DNA of 64,000 nucleotides from a plasmid: NCBI RefSeq assembly GCF_056746865.1, contig NZ_JBWKMP010000002.1; one strand, 5' to 3'. Shown piece by piece: positions 50,460 to 60,812 of this stretch (position 1 is its first letter; each line of letters starts with the position of its first letter). The notes under the pieces were generated by a model. It saw only the letters and a program-made list of their open reading frames with translations, ran no database searches and was not told where the DNA came from. The position numbers and the translations under genes were made by a program.

Positions 50460-52220
50460 TCAACGGTAATGAGTCAAAAGTCATTACCGTTGTCATTGTT
50501 CTCTACCACCCTATGTAGATCGAGATTGCGAAATTCAACGCTTTCTCCTGAGTCACCTGTTAACACCCGGTTTCTACGCTTTACTTCATTGGCCAGTACA
50601 TCCAACGGAAAATATCGTAACGGGGTGACAATGGCAGTGAGTTGACCCACTCACTACCATCGACATTCAAATCCCGGCTTCTCTGGTAGCTATAGTGACA
50701 ATGGTAATGATGTGTACCTTACTGGCATTGTCATTGTCCTCCGAGTGTGCGTTCAGCTTTGGGAGGACACCGGAACTTAATGCGGCGAGTCACGGCCATT
50801 GTGAATCTCGATTGGATTGGCGAATACGGCTTCCGGTTGGGCCAGATGTCAATGGTTATGCTTCATCCAGCTCATTACTGTAGTCATTGCCGTTCAGTTG
50901 AGCTGATGCTCCTCTCATTCTATATGGCGACAACGGTAGTGAGCCCAGAAAGTGACTACCGTTGTCATGGCCGTCCAGTAGAGCGGGTCAACCTCTTAAC
51001 TCACAGGGTGACAACGGTATTGAGCCCAGAAAGTCACTACCGTTGTCATGGCCGTCTGGTTAAGCAGATCATCCTCTCAATTCACAGGGTGACAATGGTA
51101 GTGAGCCTATTAAGTCATTACCGTTGTCATTGCCATCCAGAAGAGCGGATGATCCTCTCAATTCATACGGCGACAATGGCAGTGAGCCCAGCAAGTCACT
51201 TCCGTTGTCATAGCCTTCCAGAAGAGCAGATGAGCCTCTTAATTAACAGGGTGACAACGGTAGTGAGCTCATTAAGTCATTACCATTGTCATGGACGTAC
51301 AGCTGAGCTGCTCATCCTCTCAATTCACACACCGACAATGGTAGTGAGCTATTAAAGTCACTACCATTGTCATATACGTCCAGTTAAGTGGACCATCCTC
51401 TCAATACACACGGTGACAACGGTAGTGAGCCATTAGAATCACTACCGTTGTCATTGCTTTTCAGGTGCACTGATAAGGCTCTCAATAGACACGACGACAA
51501 TGGCAGTGAGCAATTAGAGTCACTACCGTTGTCATTGCTTTCAGCTGAGCTGATAAGGTACGTCATTTACACGATGACAATGGCAGTGAGCCAATCGAGT
51601 CACTACCGTTGTTAATGCCGACCAACCGAGGGAAGGGTCCGCTCAAAGAACTGAGTGACAACAGTAGTGAGATCATCCAATCACTACCATTGTCAGCTTA
51701 AACCTGTAGGACGAAGAGGCTTGTCCGATAAAATGACGACAATGGAAATGAGCCTATCCATCACTACCACTGTCATTAAAGTCCAGCGGTTCAACGTTAA
51801 TCAGTAGCTCCGGATGACAATGGTTGTGAGTCAGGCAATTCCCAAGCATTAGGTGACAGCAGCGTAACACCTCTAAGCTCACTTCTGTTGTCAGGGGTTA
51901 GGGTATTGAGTCTCTACCGTCGTCAGTGTTTCTGAGACACCAGTATTGCAGATCACTACAATTGTCACTTAAATATCGACGGGGGAGTAGATGCAAGTGA
52001 CTGGCTAACCAGTACCAGTTTAGATTCAAAACGATCCCATCTTTGTGGATGCGCTTGAGTAAGCTCGTATGACGATATGTCAGAGAAGTGACAACAGGTG
52101 TGAGTTGCCGGACTCACTCCCGTTGTCATCCCCGGTTGAAGGAAGAGAATCCCCGGGGCTGTATATTTACCAGGTATCCTTACTCAAGGGGTTCGACACT
52201 CACTCCCATTGTCGTAATCA
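50460..52220. repeat. Iteron array: about 20 tandem units of ~80 bp, each containing an inverted repeat GTGACAACGGTAGTGAGC...GTCACTACCGTTGTCAT
   Basis: Highly regular units between about 50.9 and 51.8 kb, with more degenerate copies on both sides out to about 52.2 kb. Confidence 0.85.
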
Positions 52221-52380
52221 ACGAGTATGCATTGTCTTTTGAAAGCATCGCTGGAAACGTACGATTAAAGTAACTTTTCTTTCGGTTCTTCCTTGCGAAT
52301 CTCTGAAGACGTACTGGCTGATCGGAGTCGAGGAGGGCAGTAAAATTGAAGCCGTCAGTTTTACTGTCGGCTCCGGGTAG

Positions 52381-54801
52381 TTACTTCAACTCGTCGATCT
52401 GAATCATGAATTCTGAGGTGCCAACTTTCCCATTTTCGGAAGGATAAACGGGTAACAGAAGATTATCCCCCTGGCCCATATCTATTTGCACCTCAACTGA
52501 CTCGCCTGGAGCCGCCTGTGCCCCATTAAATTTAATACCGAAGGCTGCATCCTTCCGCACAGTCAGCGTTGCGTTCTGGACCCCTTTAGCAATTTCTCCA
52601 TTTGTCTTACGCAGAACGTTAGTGGACAGGTACGCAAGTGGTACGCCATCTGTCGTTTTGAGAGGTGAACTGACCGACAATGTGCGTAGATTATGTAACT
52701 GCACAAGGTTATTCGGTAGATAACTGAACTTCTGAGTATAGGTTTTGGTATTCGACTGACTATCGGCAACTGTTACGCTAATTGAATAATTTTCAGATGG
52801 TTCGAAATTTGGGAACAGCCTCGGATACTCAGGCATGTATGTATCTTTGCCTGCCGGTGACCACGTAAGCTCAACGTTATCAGCTGTGGGGCCACCTACG
52901 AGCTGAAGACGGGTTATCCTCGGGGTTGTCAGATTATCTGCCAGAGCGATCCTGAGGTTCTCCAGGCCGTACACTACCGTATCGTCTTTTACCGGCTTTC
53001 CGTCGAATGTTATGGCCACTGTCGGAGGAGTGTTATCCAGAGCAATTTCTCCGAAAGTTTTATTGGTCTGGTTCTGGAAGAAGTCCCTGATGTTGACCTC
53101 AACGTTGTATTTTCCTTCAGACTGACGGGATAAATCATAAGCAATCGTGTAGTTACCTGAGATACGAGATTTGATTACGCCTGTTGGTGACATCCGGGTA
53201 CCGGTGTTCTTATCGGAAAGATAAAATTCCCTCAATGAGACCGAGTCGAACCAGTTACCATCGCCTTCAAGTGACGCCAGTACATCCAGCTGCTTGTTAG
53301 TCTCGTCATATGATATCGAGTTTATTACCGGCAGTTGTTTATTGTTCCAGCGTGTCATAATCCATTGCTCAGACCGCAAAATGGGATTGCTGATGCTGCG
53401 AACGAAGTAAAGGATTCTATTGTAGCCCTGGGTACCCAAGGCCATATCAAACGTCTCAGGCGCTTCACACGAGGTTTTTCCTGCCGGAATGGTGCAGGTC
53501 GCCTTACCGCCGATCTCCTGTGCAAAGGGCCGGGCTTCAACGTTAAAACGAAGTCGGGAAATTTTAATTGGCAGTCGTGATGAAGCCACACTCTCAAAAT
53601 CCTTCCACTTAACCCAGTTCCCCTTATCATCGAGGAAATCTACCCAGGTACCCGCAAATGCAGGCGTTTGGTTTGCAGATGGGTTTAGAACGAGGCTGTA
53701 TGACGGATAATACCCTCCCCACTGGCCAAAGTTCGCCATACGAGCCATATCCCCATTAATTGAGCCATAGGGAAGAGTCATTTCAACATAAGCATAAGTG
53801 CTGTCTACAGCTATCTCTTTGGGGGCGGAATATTGATTGATGAACTGAAGCCCACCTTCTGAATAAGCACGGTAGTTAGATTTTGGGATCCGGTAGACTA
53901 ATCGAATAGGGTTTTCGTTAACGACCATACCGGCTTTGTAAGCCGGATAATTAGAAACCCCGGGTACGACGCTGGAAGACGTATTTGGATCATGAACGGC
54001 CCACAGTGTCATCTCACCCAGCGTGTTGTCGTAGCGAAATTTTTGAGTTGGCAGCGTTCGGCTATTACCTGCGTTATCGAAGATAACAACTTTTGCAGTA
54101 AAGTCTTCATCCAGGTTGCTGTCTGGTATTCCGGTTCCCTTAACTGAATTCTTAGAGTAAGTGTGGTACATCTTTTGGCCGGATACGTCATACTGCATCT
54201 GTGTAGTGCTGTAGAGGCTACCGTCCTGCCTGTAAATATATATTAGGCCCTTATCAATACCATTTGCATCACTTACGCCCGAAGAGGTGAAGTCATACTG
54301 CCCCGTTGCCTCTAATCCAAGCTTCCACACGTCACCAGCGGTAGAGCCAGAACCAGTATTAGCGGTAAGAGCATTTGCCGCTGGAGGGGTGACATCAATT
54401 AGCCAGTTATAGTTATAGGTCGCTACAGGCTTCTGATTGAGATCTAACACGTTTATCTGAACGACAAATTTGCCTTCACCCAAAGCAGGCAAAGTTACTT
54501 TTTTGCCGTAGAACTCACTACCGTCAGCAGCTGTTAGTCGGTCTGATACACCCGTCCGTGTAGTCGTAGTATTAAGAATGACAGTTCCAGTGTCTTTCGT
54601 GACTTTGACATTAACGAAACGATCAAGACCTGAAATAAGTGTCAAAGTTACCGGTGATGCCGGATTAAGCATAAGACGAGAAGACGGGGCGTGGATCTCA
54701 ATACCGTTCGTGTCCTTAAAGGCCGATTCATATATCTGAGCTGGGGCCTGAACAGACATACCGAGTCCGGCTACAGCAGTAATAAAAGCGAGATGTTTCA
54801 T
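52381..54801 (-). CDS. Secreted ~810-aa beta-rich protein, paralog B
   Basis: 806-aa ORF with a signal peptide (MKHLAFITAVAGLGMSVQAPA); colinear with paralogs A and C, including the C-terminal TLTVRKDAAFGIKFNG...SEFMIQIDELK block. Confidence 0.8.
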   Translation of the reverse strand: MKHLAFITAVAGLGMSVQAPAQIYESAFKDTNGIEIHAPSSRLMLNPASPVTLTLISGLDRFVNVKVTKDTGTVILNTTTTRTGVSDRLTAADGSEFYGKKVTLPALGEGKFVVQINVLDLNQKPVATYNYNWLIDVTPPAANALTANTGSGSTAGDVWKLGLEATGQYDFTSSGVSDANGIDKGLIYIYRQDGSLYSTTQMQYDVSGQKMYHTYSKNSVKGTGIPDSNLDEDFTAKVVIFDNAGNSRTLPTQKFRYDNTLGEMTLWAVHDPNTSSSVVPGVSNYPAYKAGMVVNENPIRLVYRIPKSNYRAYSEGGLQFINQYSAPKEIAVDSTYAYVEMTLPYGSINGDMARMANFGQWGGYYPSYSLVLNPSANQTPAFAGTWVDFLDDKGNWVKWKDFESVASSRLPIKISRLRFNVEARPFAQEIGGKATCTIPAGKTSCEAPETFDMALGTQGYNRILYFVRSISNPILRSEQWIMTRWNNKQLPVINSISYDETNKQLDVLASLEGDGNWFDSVSLREFYLSDKNTGTRMSPTGVIKSRISGNYTIAYDLSRQSEGKYNVEVNIRDFFQNQTNKTFGEIALDNTPPTVAITFDGKPVKDDTVVYGLENLRIALADNLTTPRITRLQLVGGPTADNVELTWSPAGKDTYMPEYPRLFPNFEPSENYSISVTVADSQSNTKTYTQKFSYLPNNLVQLHNLRTLSVSSPLKTTDGVPLAYLSTNVLRKTNGEIAKGVQNATLTVRKDAAFGIKFNGAQAAPGESVEVQIDMGQGDNLLLPVYPSENGKVGTSEFMIQIDELK

Positions 54802-55265
54802 TCTTATTCCCCTTTAGGTTTGGTGTTATTTTAAGCTTTTCCTAAAGGTCACTATGTTCGTAAAAGTATAAAAAACTTCTCCATATGGTGCTCGAAATTA
54901 CAAATCTATAATTTGCCTTTCGACAAACCTTATTGTGCGTTCAGGACGTAAATCTTTCTTTTTGGAATTACATCTGACATTGCTGTGGTATCCAAACTGG
55001 CAACGATTGCAAAACTTATAACATTAGCCTGAAACTATCGGCATCCACATATCGCATTAAGTGATGCTTTTACTTTGTGTAAAAAAGAATCAGGATAAAT
55101 TAGGTATGACAGATATAAATGCGTTAACGGACGGCATATATGAATCAAAACCTGGCGGTATTACGCCACCAGTCGAGAGGGGAGTGAACCTCAGTCAGTA
55201 CGTCTACCTTCGTTCCGCAAGGCGCTTCTTGTTGTGAATTACAAACTGCCCTGGCGAGAACTGCA

Positions 55266-55877
55266 TCATTTCACCCCCAGCAACACACGTGCCTCTTCAA
55301 CGGTTTGCCACGAAGGCATTGCTACGCCAGATTGACTGCCGTTGCCTCTGCGCTCACCGGTGTCACATTCTACATAAAGACGCATCAGCATCGCTTCTAT
55401 TTCAGCGGCCCGGCTATTATCCATTACCAGTTCTGCTGCGCGTCGTAGCTGTTCTGGAATGTCATTCCACATTCCCGCACCACTTCTGTCTTTGTTAGTG
55501 AGCAAGTCTTCAATAGCAGATGAAGCCATGTTAAGCAGGTCAGCCGAAACTAAAGGCATCGGCGGGGCGGTATAGAGGATTCGACGTCTTCCGCGTCTGT
55601 CTGGATCGTATTTATCATAAAAAGCTTTGTTCACATCTTCCCAGTGCCACTGAAGTTGCCCGGTTGCGTCATGGTGGCAAAACTCGCACTGATAAACAGG
55701 CGCAATCGACATAACTGCCTTTCCAATACGTGCCAGTACAGCAACTTCGTCAGCTCTAAGACTCATTGCTTCGCTTGGGTTACTACCCTCGGAAAATTCC
55801 AAAATTTGTTCAATACGTTCTGGTGTGAAAGTGGTCATAGGCTTTGAAAACATATTTTTTCCAGTTGTGCTTACCAT
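55266..55877 (-). CDS. Hypothetical protein
   Basis: 203-aa ORF with a small Cys/His cluster (CEFCHHD); last gene of a minus-strand cluster containing the intact methyltransferase. Confidence 0.4.
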   Translation of the reverse strand: MVSTTGKNMFSKPMTTFTPERIEQILEFSEGSNPSEAMSLRADEVAVLARIGKAVMSIAPVYQCEFCHHDATGQLQWHWEDVNKAFYDKYDPDRRGRRRILYTAPPMPLVSADLLNMASSAIEDLLTNKDRSGAGMWNDIPEQLRRAAELVMDNSRAAEIEAMLMRLYVECDTGERRGNGSQSGVAMPSWQTVEEARVLLGVK

Positions 55878-55897
55878 ATCATCAGGCCTTAAGAGCG

Positions 55898-56161
55898 TTA
55901 GCGAATAATTAACAGGTCAGGACCAAAACTAAATCCTTCCCCCATACGGTCTTCATGACGGGAGACATATGCCTTACCGTATTTCTCCAGATCCTGTAAG
56001 CGATCTTTTGCCAGATTCCACGAGTATTCCTGGCCCCACACGGGTCCGTCACGCCCGTCAAAGCGGTCAGGTTTACAATTTGCTTTCAGAAGTGCGTAGA
56101 CATGCTCCAGCGTGGGTAGCTGCAAAGCACTATTAGCCTGAGAAACGGCAGTATGCGTCAT
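55898..56161 (-). CDS. Small hypothetical protein
   Basis: 87-aa ORF between the methyltransferase and the 203-aa gene. Confidence 0.35.
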   Translation of the reverse strand: MTHTAVSQANSALQLPTLEHVYALLKANCKPDRFDGRDGPVWGQEYSWNLAKDRLQDLEKYGKAYVSRHEDRMGEGFSFGPDLLIIR

Positions 56162-56254
56162 TTCTGTTCACTCTTTATTGATTTAGTCAGTTAAGCCGGT
56201 CAGGTAACTTTAACCGGCTACTCGTATTAAGATTTCTTTCCGGTTGCTTGTCAG

Positions 56255-57079
56255 TTAGCGGCGAAGATCAATTTCAAGGCGGGCTGTTTTGACCTTTGTT
56301 CCGGACTCCCTAAATGTATCATCCGGAAGAGGCGAAATTTGTCCGCCAAGTTGTTTGACTCGCTCCCTGAGCGCTTTTGTCAGTGTGTCTTCCCGGAACA
56401 ATACCCCAGCTGACAGAATGGCCTGTAAGCGACCTCGCTTAGCGAGCATTGCGATGGCATGCATGACATGTTTAACGTCAGAGCGTTTAAGGAATGGTGG
56501 ATTCATAACGATAACATCAAAAGTTTCATCGGGCTGGTACCCAAGAAAGTCGGTATGCACCAGCTCGGCCCCTGTGCTAAGGACACTATCGTTCTTCACT
56601 GCAAGGAATCGCTCATCGTTCAATTCGATCCCGGTAATCAATGCATCCGGAGCCGCCAGTTTTAAGGCTTTCAGAATGCGGCCATCACCAAACTCAGGCT
56701 CCAGAACACGTTCCCCGGCAGCTGGTTCAGCGCGTAGAACCATATCTGTGACTAAATTCTCAGGGGTAGGGAAGAAATTGAACAAATCACGTGGGATGTC
56801 GACCGAACCTGTCAGAATGATTTGCTCGATACGCTCAGCTGCATCCGCCGTAAAAATATGTGCCTGCTCTTTTCGGTTCCATTTGCCACCGGCAGCTTCC
56901 AGCACTTTGTTTGTCTTAACATAAATGCTGCGGTCGAGCTGGTCGGCCAGGAAAAGAAAGTTCCCTTCAGCACGGCAGCGAGATAAGACGTTCAGAACTT
57001 CAGTTGAGATTTGCATTAAAACTCCATTAAGAGGATTTACCCGCCTGGCGGCAGCGGGTTGGTTACTTAAACAGGACAA
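56255..57079 (-). CDS. Small SAM-dependent N6-adenine-type methyltransferase (NPPF motif), intact copy
   Basis: 274-aa ORF with FFPTPE (motif X-like), LEPEFGDGRIL (motif I-like) and VIVMNPPF (motif IV); no obvious target-recognition domain or partner endonuclease. Confidence 0.6.
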   Translation of the reverse strand: MSCLSNQPAAARRVNPLNGVLMQISTEVLNVLSRCRAEGNFLFLADQLDRSIYVKTNKVLEAAGGKWNRKEQAHIFTADAAERIEQIILTGSVDIPRDLFNFFPTPENLVTDMVLRAEPAAGERVLEPEFGDGRILKALKLAAPDALITGIELNDERFLAVKNDSVLSTGAELVHTDFLGYQPDETFDVIVMNPPFLKRSDVKHVMHAIAMLAKRGRLQAILSAGVLFREDTLTKALRERVKQLGGQISPLPDDTFRESGTKVKTARLEIDLRR

Positions 57080-57096
57080 TTCAGATTTGGCCTTGG

Positions 57097-57861
57097 TTAG
57101 TCGGCAGACAACAGCAGGGATGGGCTGTTATAAGCGAAGCGGTCAACGGGAGCCTTCTCAAATCGCTGACCGCTTGCATCAGGGGTCAGAACGAGTCCGT
57201 TATGGGCGCAATGAATGTGGAGCAACATATCCCCGCCGGTGTTGATGTGTAAGGCAGGCACACCCTGATCGATTTCGAACATGACACCAAAACAGGGGTT
57301 ACCTTCCTTGTTAACAACTTCACAGTGGATGTTATGTTGGCCGGTAACGCTGACCTGATAGGCCTGACTGTCCTCTTCTCTCAGTGTTTCCTCCTCCAGG
57401 CGCCAGTCCTGAAGTGTGAGGCTAATTTCAGGGGTATCATGCTCCTTCTGAAGAGCCTGGATACCTTTACGGAACAGCTGCATCATTTCATGAGTAAGGC
57501 AGTCTTCCTCAGCTCCAAAATGTTCTTTCCAGCCTTCAGGATCTGCATACATCCAGACGTTTTTAGCGAGCGAAGGTAAGGAAGCATCAGGCTCTACAAG
57601 GAGGTGAGGGATGCTCTCTTTGATTCCGAGATAACGTACTGGCTGGCCGTTAAGCGGTAACCCATCCGGCACTGTAACTTCAGCTCCTGGCAAGACGACG
57701 CTGTTTACCAGACCTCCACAATGTTCTGCCACCACCCGGCCTAAATCTGCCATAAACATCCGATGCTTTTCTGGTGAGTCCAGCTCACCAAGGAGTTCAG
57801 GTTTAAGCAGTAAACCGGTAATAATCTCAGTCAGTTCACGAGGAGATACTAATTTATACAT
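57097..57861 (-). CDS. Hypothetical protein; first gene of the duplicated module (paralog of 42255..43346)
   Basis: 254-aa ORF immediately upstream of, and co-oriented with, the methyltransferase; N-terminal similarity to 42255..43346. Confidence 0.45.
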   Translation of the reverse strand: MYKLVSPRELTEIITGLLLKPELLGELDSPEKHRMFMADLGRVVAEHCGGLVNSVVLPGAEVTVPDGLPLNGQPVRYLGIKESIPHLLVEPDASLPSLAKNVWMYADPEGWKEHFGAEEDCLTHEMMQLFRKGIQALQKEHDTPEISLTLQDWRLEEETLREEDSQAYQVSVTGQHNIHCEVVNKEGNPCFGVMFEIDQGVPALHINTGGDMLLHIHCAHNGLVLTPDASGQRFEKAPVDRFAYNSPSLLLSAD

Positions 57862-58394
57862 TTTGTTTTCCTTTTCTGTGTTGGCTTTATATTAACAATC
57901 CAGATGCACGAGCTAATAACCTCCAGACAACTTTTTCAAAAATTATATACTTAAAGCAGGGGCTAATATGCGCAAGAAATGAATTTAGGAAGGATGGCTT
58001 CAAATTTAACTTTTTGGTTTTTTATTTTAGACGGACTTTAAAATAGCATCGCTGGTAAAATAATAAACATGGTTTATTTTTTGTTTGTATTGACAATCAA
58101 ATGGGTAAAAATTAATTTACTTACATGGCGTATATTTAATGCCACCGTCCCGGCGGCACCGGGCATAAAAGGAAAACCATCTTGAAACCAATGCTCAAAA
58201 AAGATTTTTTTTCAGCTATTGAAAACCTTCTCAAAGCTGGCTTTCAACCTCGCTTTTACACTGTTAACAGTGGACGAATCGGTCTCATTACATTCACTGA
58301 TAAAAATGGAACAAAACAGGTCCCGCCGGGCAGAAAAGAAAAACATTAAAATTAGCTATTTTCCCGAAAAGATCTCGAACACTGAAAAAGTATC

Positions 58395-60812
58395 ATGGGG
58401 AACCTGATCAGGAGACAACCCATGAAAATCAAACTAGCCCTGCTTATTGCATTTGCAGGTTTCAGCGCAGGAGCTTCCGCTGAAATCGCAGAATTCAGCT
58501 TTAAAGATACCCTGAACGTTAAAAAGACCGTATCGCCTGCATCCGTATGGATTAATCCGGTAACGAGCTTTGACGTTGCCGTTATTTCCGGTCTGGACCG
58601 TTATATTACGCTCAGTCTGCTGAAAAGTGACGGGAGCCTCATCTGGAGCACGAAAAGCAGCCTGGTTACCGTAGATGACCGTACCACATCTTCGACAGGC
58701 TTTGATTATTACGGCAAGACTCTGACCGTACCAGCGATGGGAGAAGATAGCTTCACCCTCAGAGAGGTGATTACCGACTTGCAAGGGAAGGAGGTCTCCC
58801 GGCAGGATTACCCGCTTGCAATTGACCGAACGCCTCCGGCAACGGGTACCATAAGTTATACGAGAAACGGGTGGAACTTTGGCAGCGAAGCGATCTTCAC
58901 TTCAGTACCAGCCGGTATGCAGTACGCCAGCGTCCAGGCACTGGTCTTTAATGGACTGAGTGATAAAGGTTCCGGGCTTGCTAATGCTGAATATTTCATA
59001 ACCGATGCCGCTGGAGTGGAGCGTAAAAAGCCAGCGGAAATTAATACAGTGGAAGGTAGCGTAACCGTTCAAGTCGCCGACGCAAGCAGCAATGCCCTGG
59101 CACCGGAAAACCGCTCTGAATATAAAGTGGGGATCTACCTTTATGACAAAGCGGGAAACAGGATCGAACTAAGCCGCCGAAGCGTAATTGATCGGGTTAA
59201 GCCTGACGATATCATCCAGGTGCAGGACGCCACTACCGGATCATGGGTCACTTATCAGTCTGGCATGACCGTCTTCCAGAACCCTATTTCCGTACGGGTA
59301 TTAAGGAAAAAAAGTGACTTTACTGCTGTTAACGGTTCCAAATATGGCTGGGCGGACTCGAATTTCCAGACGTCCGATAGCACTTATAATATTTATACTT
59401 TCAAATACATATATCCCAATGTGGGGGATACTTATCATGAATTCCAGACTCTGGCAGGAGGAGTAAGACGAATTCATCATAACTCCCTCAACTTCACTCC
59501 AGCCCCGGCGATGGAAATAGCCCCGAAGATAGTGGCTAAAGAGATGTACCGGAGTGATACCAGTGAGTGGTTAACTCAGGCCTCAATCAGCGTTAAAACC
59601 GCCACCATTAGCCGCATAAAGGTAACCGCTGAACCCCGACCATACGTGCAAAAGTTCAGAACGGTAAAAAATGCAGCCTGGTTCTGCACTATACCTATCG
59701 GACAAAGTTCATGCGAGATGACGGTTAACTTCAACTACACCAGTGACAAAGGATTTGAGTATCTGCACCTTTACTCGGGAAAAGATGGTGACAGCATATT
59801 CGATGCGCTTGCTGGTAATTTTACGGTTATCTGGGATAACAACCCACCGGTGGTTAATGTCGCTCAGGTAAACAAGGCCTCCAAGACAATCACTATGACG
59901 GCCACCGATAATGATCGCGTCAACGCCTGGAACATCAGCTACTGGGATACCAAAGTTTTCGAAGCCACCCTTAAAAATGCCCGGGGGGAACCTTTCACGC
60001 TGAAGCCTGTGACCGTCAGTGAAAGCGATTATAAAACCAAAAACGCCACCTTCTCATACGCTGGTCTACCGGACGGGGATTATACGGTGGTTAGCGTCTC
60101 TGCCACGGATCTTGTTGGAAACACCGGAACCAAAACGCTTAATGCACCGCTGAAAATTGACTCAACGCTTCCGGTTATCGCGTTCAGTTTTAATGGCGCA
60201 GACGCAGAAGGAAAACTGGTTAAAGGGCTTGAGAACCTTCGCATAAGCGTTACTGATGCCTCTGGGGATGCTTCCCTGACATCGCTTCAGCTCGCTGGTG
60301 GACCTAACTCTGAAAAGGTCACCCTGGCATTCACGCCGTTATCCAAGGATGTCTTTATTCCGGAATACCCCAGAATCTTCCCCAACACTGACGAATCGGG
60401 ACAGATGTATCATCTGGAGGCACTGGCTATTGACGAATCAGGTAACCGGACCACTAAAACGCTTAATTTTACCTACCAGCCTGCGAATCTGATTATGCTG
60501 GATAATCTCAAGACGCTGGCCACAGCCGTAGCACTGAAAGCAACGGACAACACGCCGCTGGCCATCATCCGAACCAGTGTGTTGCGGCGTCAGGACGGTT
60601 CTATCATTACCGGACAGTTAAACGGAACCCTGACTGTTCAGAAAAATGCCCAGTTCGGCGTTACGGTTGCCGGAGTTACGGTCCAGCCTGGTGAAACTAA
60701 ATCGCTGTCACTGGATCTTGGTAATGGTGAAGAGCGCACGTATCCCGTTACTCCCGCTGTAAGTGGTCAATCTGGCACGGCCACATTTGCTATAGAATTC
60801 CCTCAAACATAA
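58395..60812 (+). CDS. Secreted ~810-aa beta-rich protein, paralog C
   Basis: 805-aa ORF with a signal peptide (MKIKLALLIAFAGFSAGASA); shares the N-terminal ISGLDRY block and C-terminal NGTLTVQKNAQFGVTVAGV block with paralogs A and B. Confidence 0.8.
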   Translation: MGNLIRRQPMKIKLALLIAFAGFSAGASAEIAEFSFKDTLNVKKTVSPASVWINPVTSFDVAVISGLDRYITLSLLKSDGSLIWSTKSSLVTVDDRTTSSTGFDYYGKTLTVPAMGEDSFTLREVITDLQGKEVSRQDYPLAIDRTPPATGTISYTRNGWNFGSEAIFTSVPAGMQYASVQALVFNGLSDKGSGLANAEYFITDAAGVERKKPAEINTVEGSVTVQVADASSNALAPENRSEYKVGIYLYDKAGNRIELSRRSVIDRVKPDDIIQVQDATTGSWVTYQSGMTVFQNPISVRVLRKKSDFTAVNGSKYGWADSNFQTSDSTYNIYTFKYIYPNVGDTYHEFQTLAGGVRRIHHNSLNFTPAPAMEIAPKIVAKEMYRSDTSEWLTQASISVKTATISRIKVTAEPRPYVQKFRTVKNAAWFCTIPIGQSSCEMTVNFNYTSDKGFEYLHLYSGKDGDSIFDALAGNFTVIWDNNPPVVNVAQVNKASKTITMTATDNDRVNAWNISYWDTKVFEATLKNARGEPFTLKPVTVSESDYKTKNATFSYAGLPDGDYTVVSVSATDLVGNTGTKTLNAPLKIDSTLPVIAFSFNGADAEGKLVKGLENLRISVTDASGDASLTSLQLAGGPNSEKVTLAFTPLSKDVFIPEYPRIFPNTDESGQMYHLEALAIDESGNRTTKTLNFTYQPANLIMLDNLKTLATAVALKATDNTPLAIIRTSVLRRQDGSIITGQLNGTLTVQKNAQFGVTVAGVTVQPGETKSLSLDLGNGEERTYPVTPAVSGQSGTATFAIEFPQT

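Noticed and set aside
50747-51355. 202-aa ORF with a repetitive HYRCHGR...VTTV translation
   Set aside because: It lies entirely within the ~80-bp tandem iteron array; the repetitive protein is a translation artefact of the DNA repeats, and no ribosome-binding site or coding-like composition supports it.
50460-52220. Possible CRISPR array, because of regularly spaced palindrome-containing repeats
   Set aside because: The sequences between the palindromic cores are themselves conserved from unit to unit (no unique spacers), the unit is ~80 bp rather than a repeat-plus-spacer structure, and there are no cas genes nearby; the location next to a rep gene fits iterons.
56289-56924. 211-aa plus-strand ORF antisense to the 56255..57079 methyltransferase
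   Set aside because: Arg/Ser/Pro-rich translation typical of an antisense frame of a GC-richer gene; the opposite-strand methyltransferase has clear catalytic motifs.
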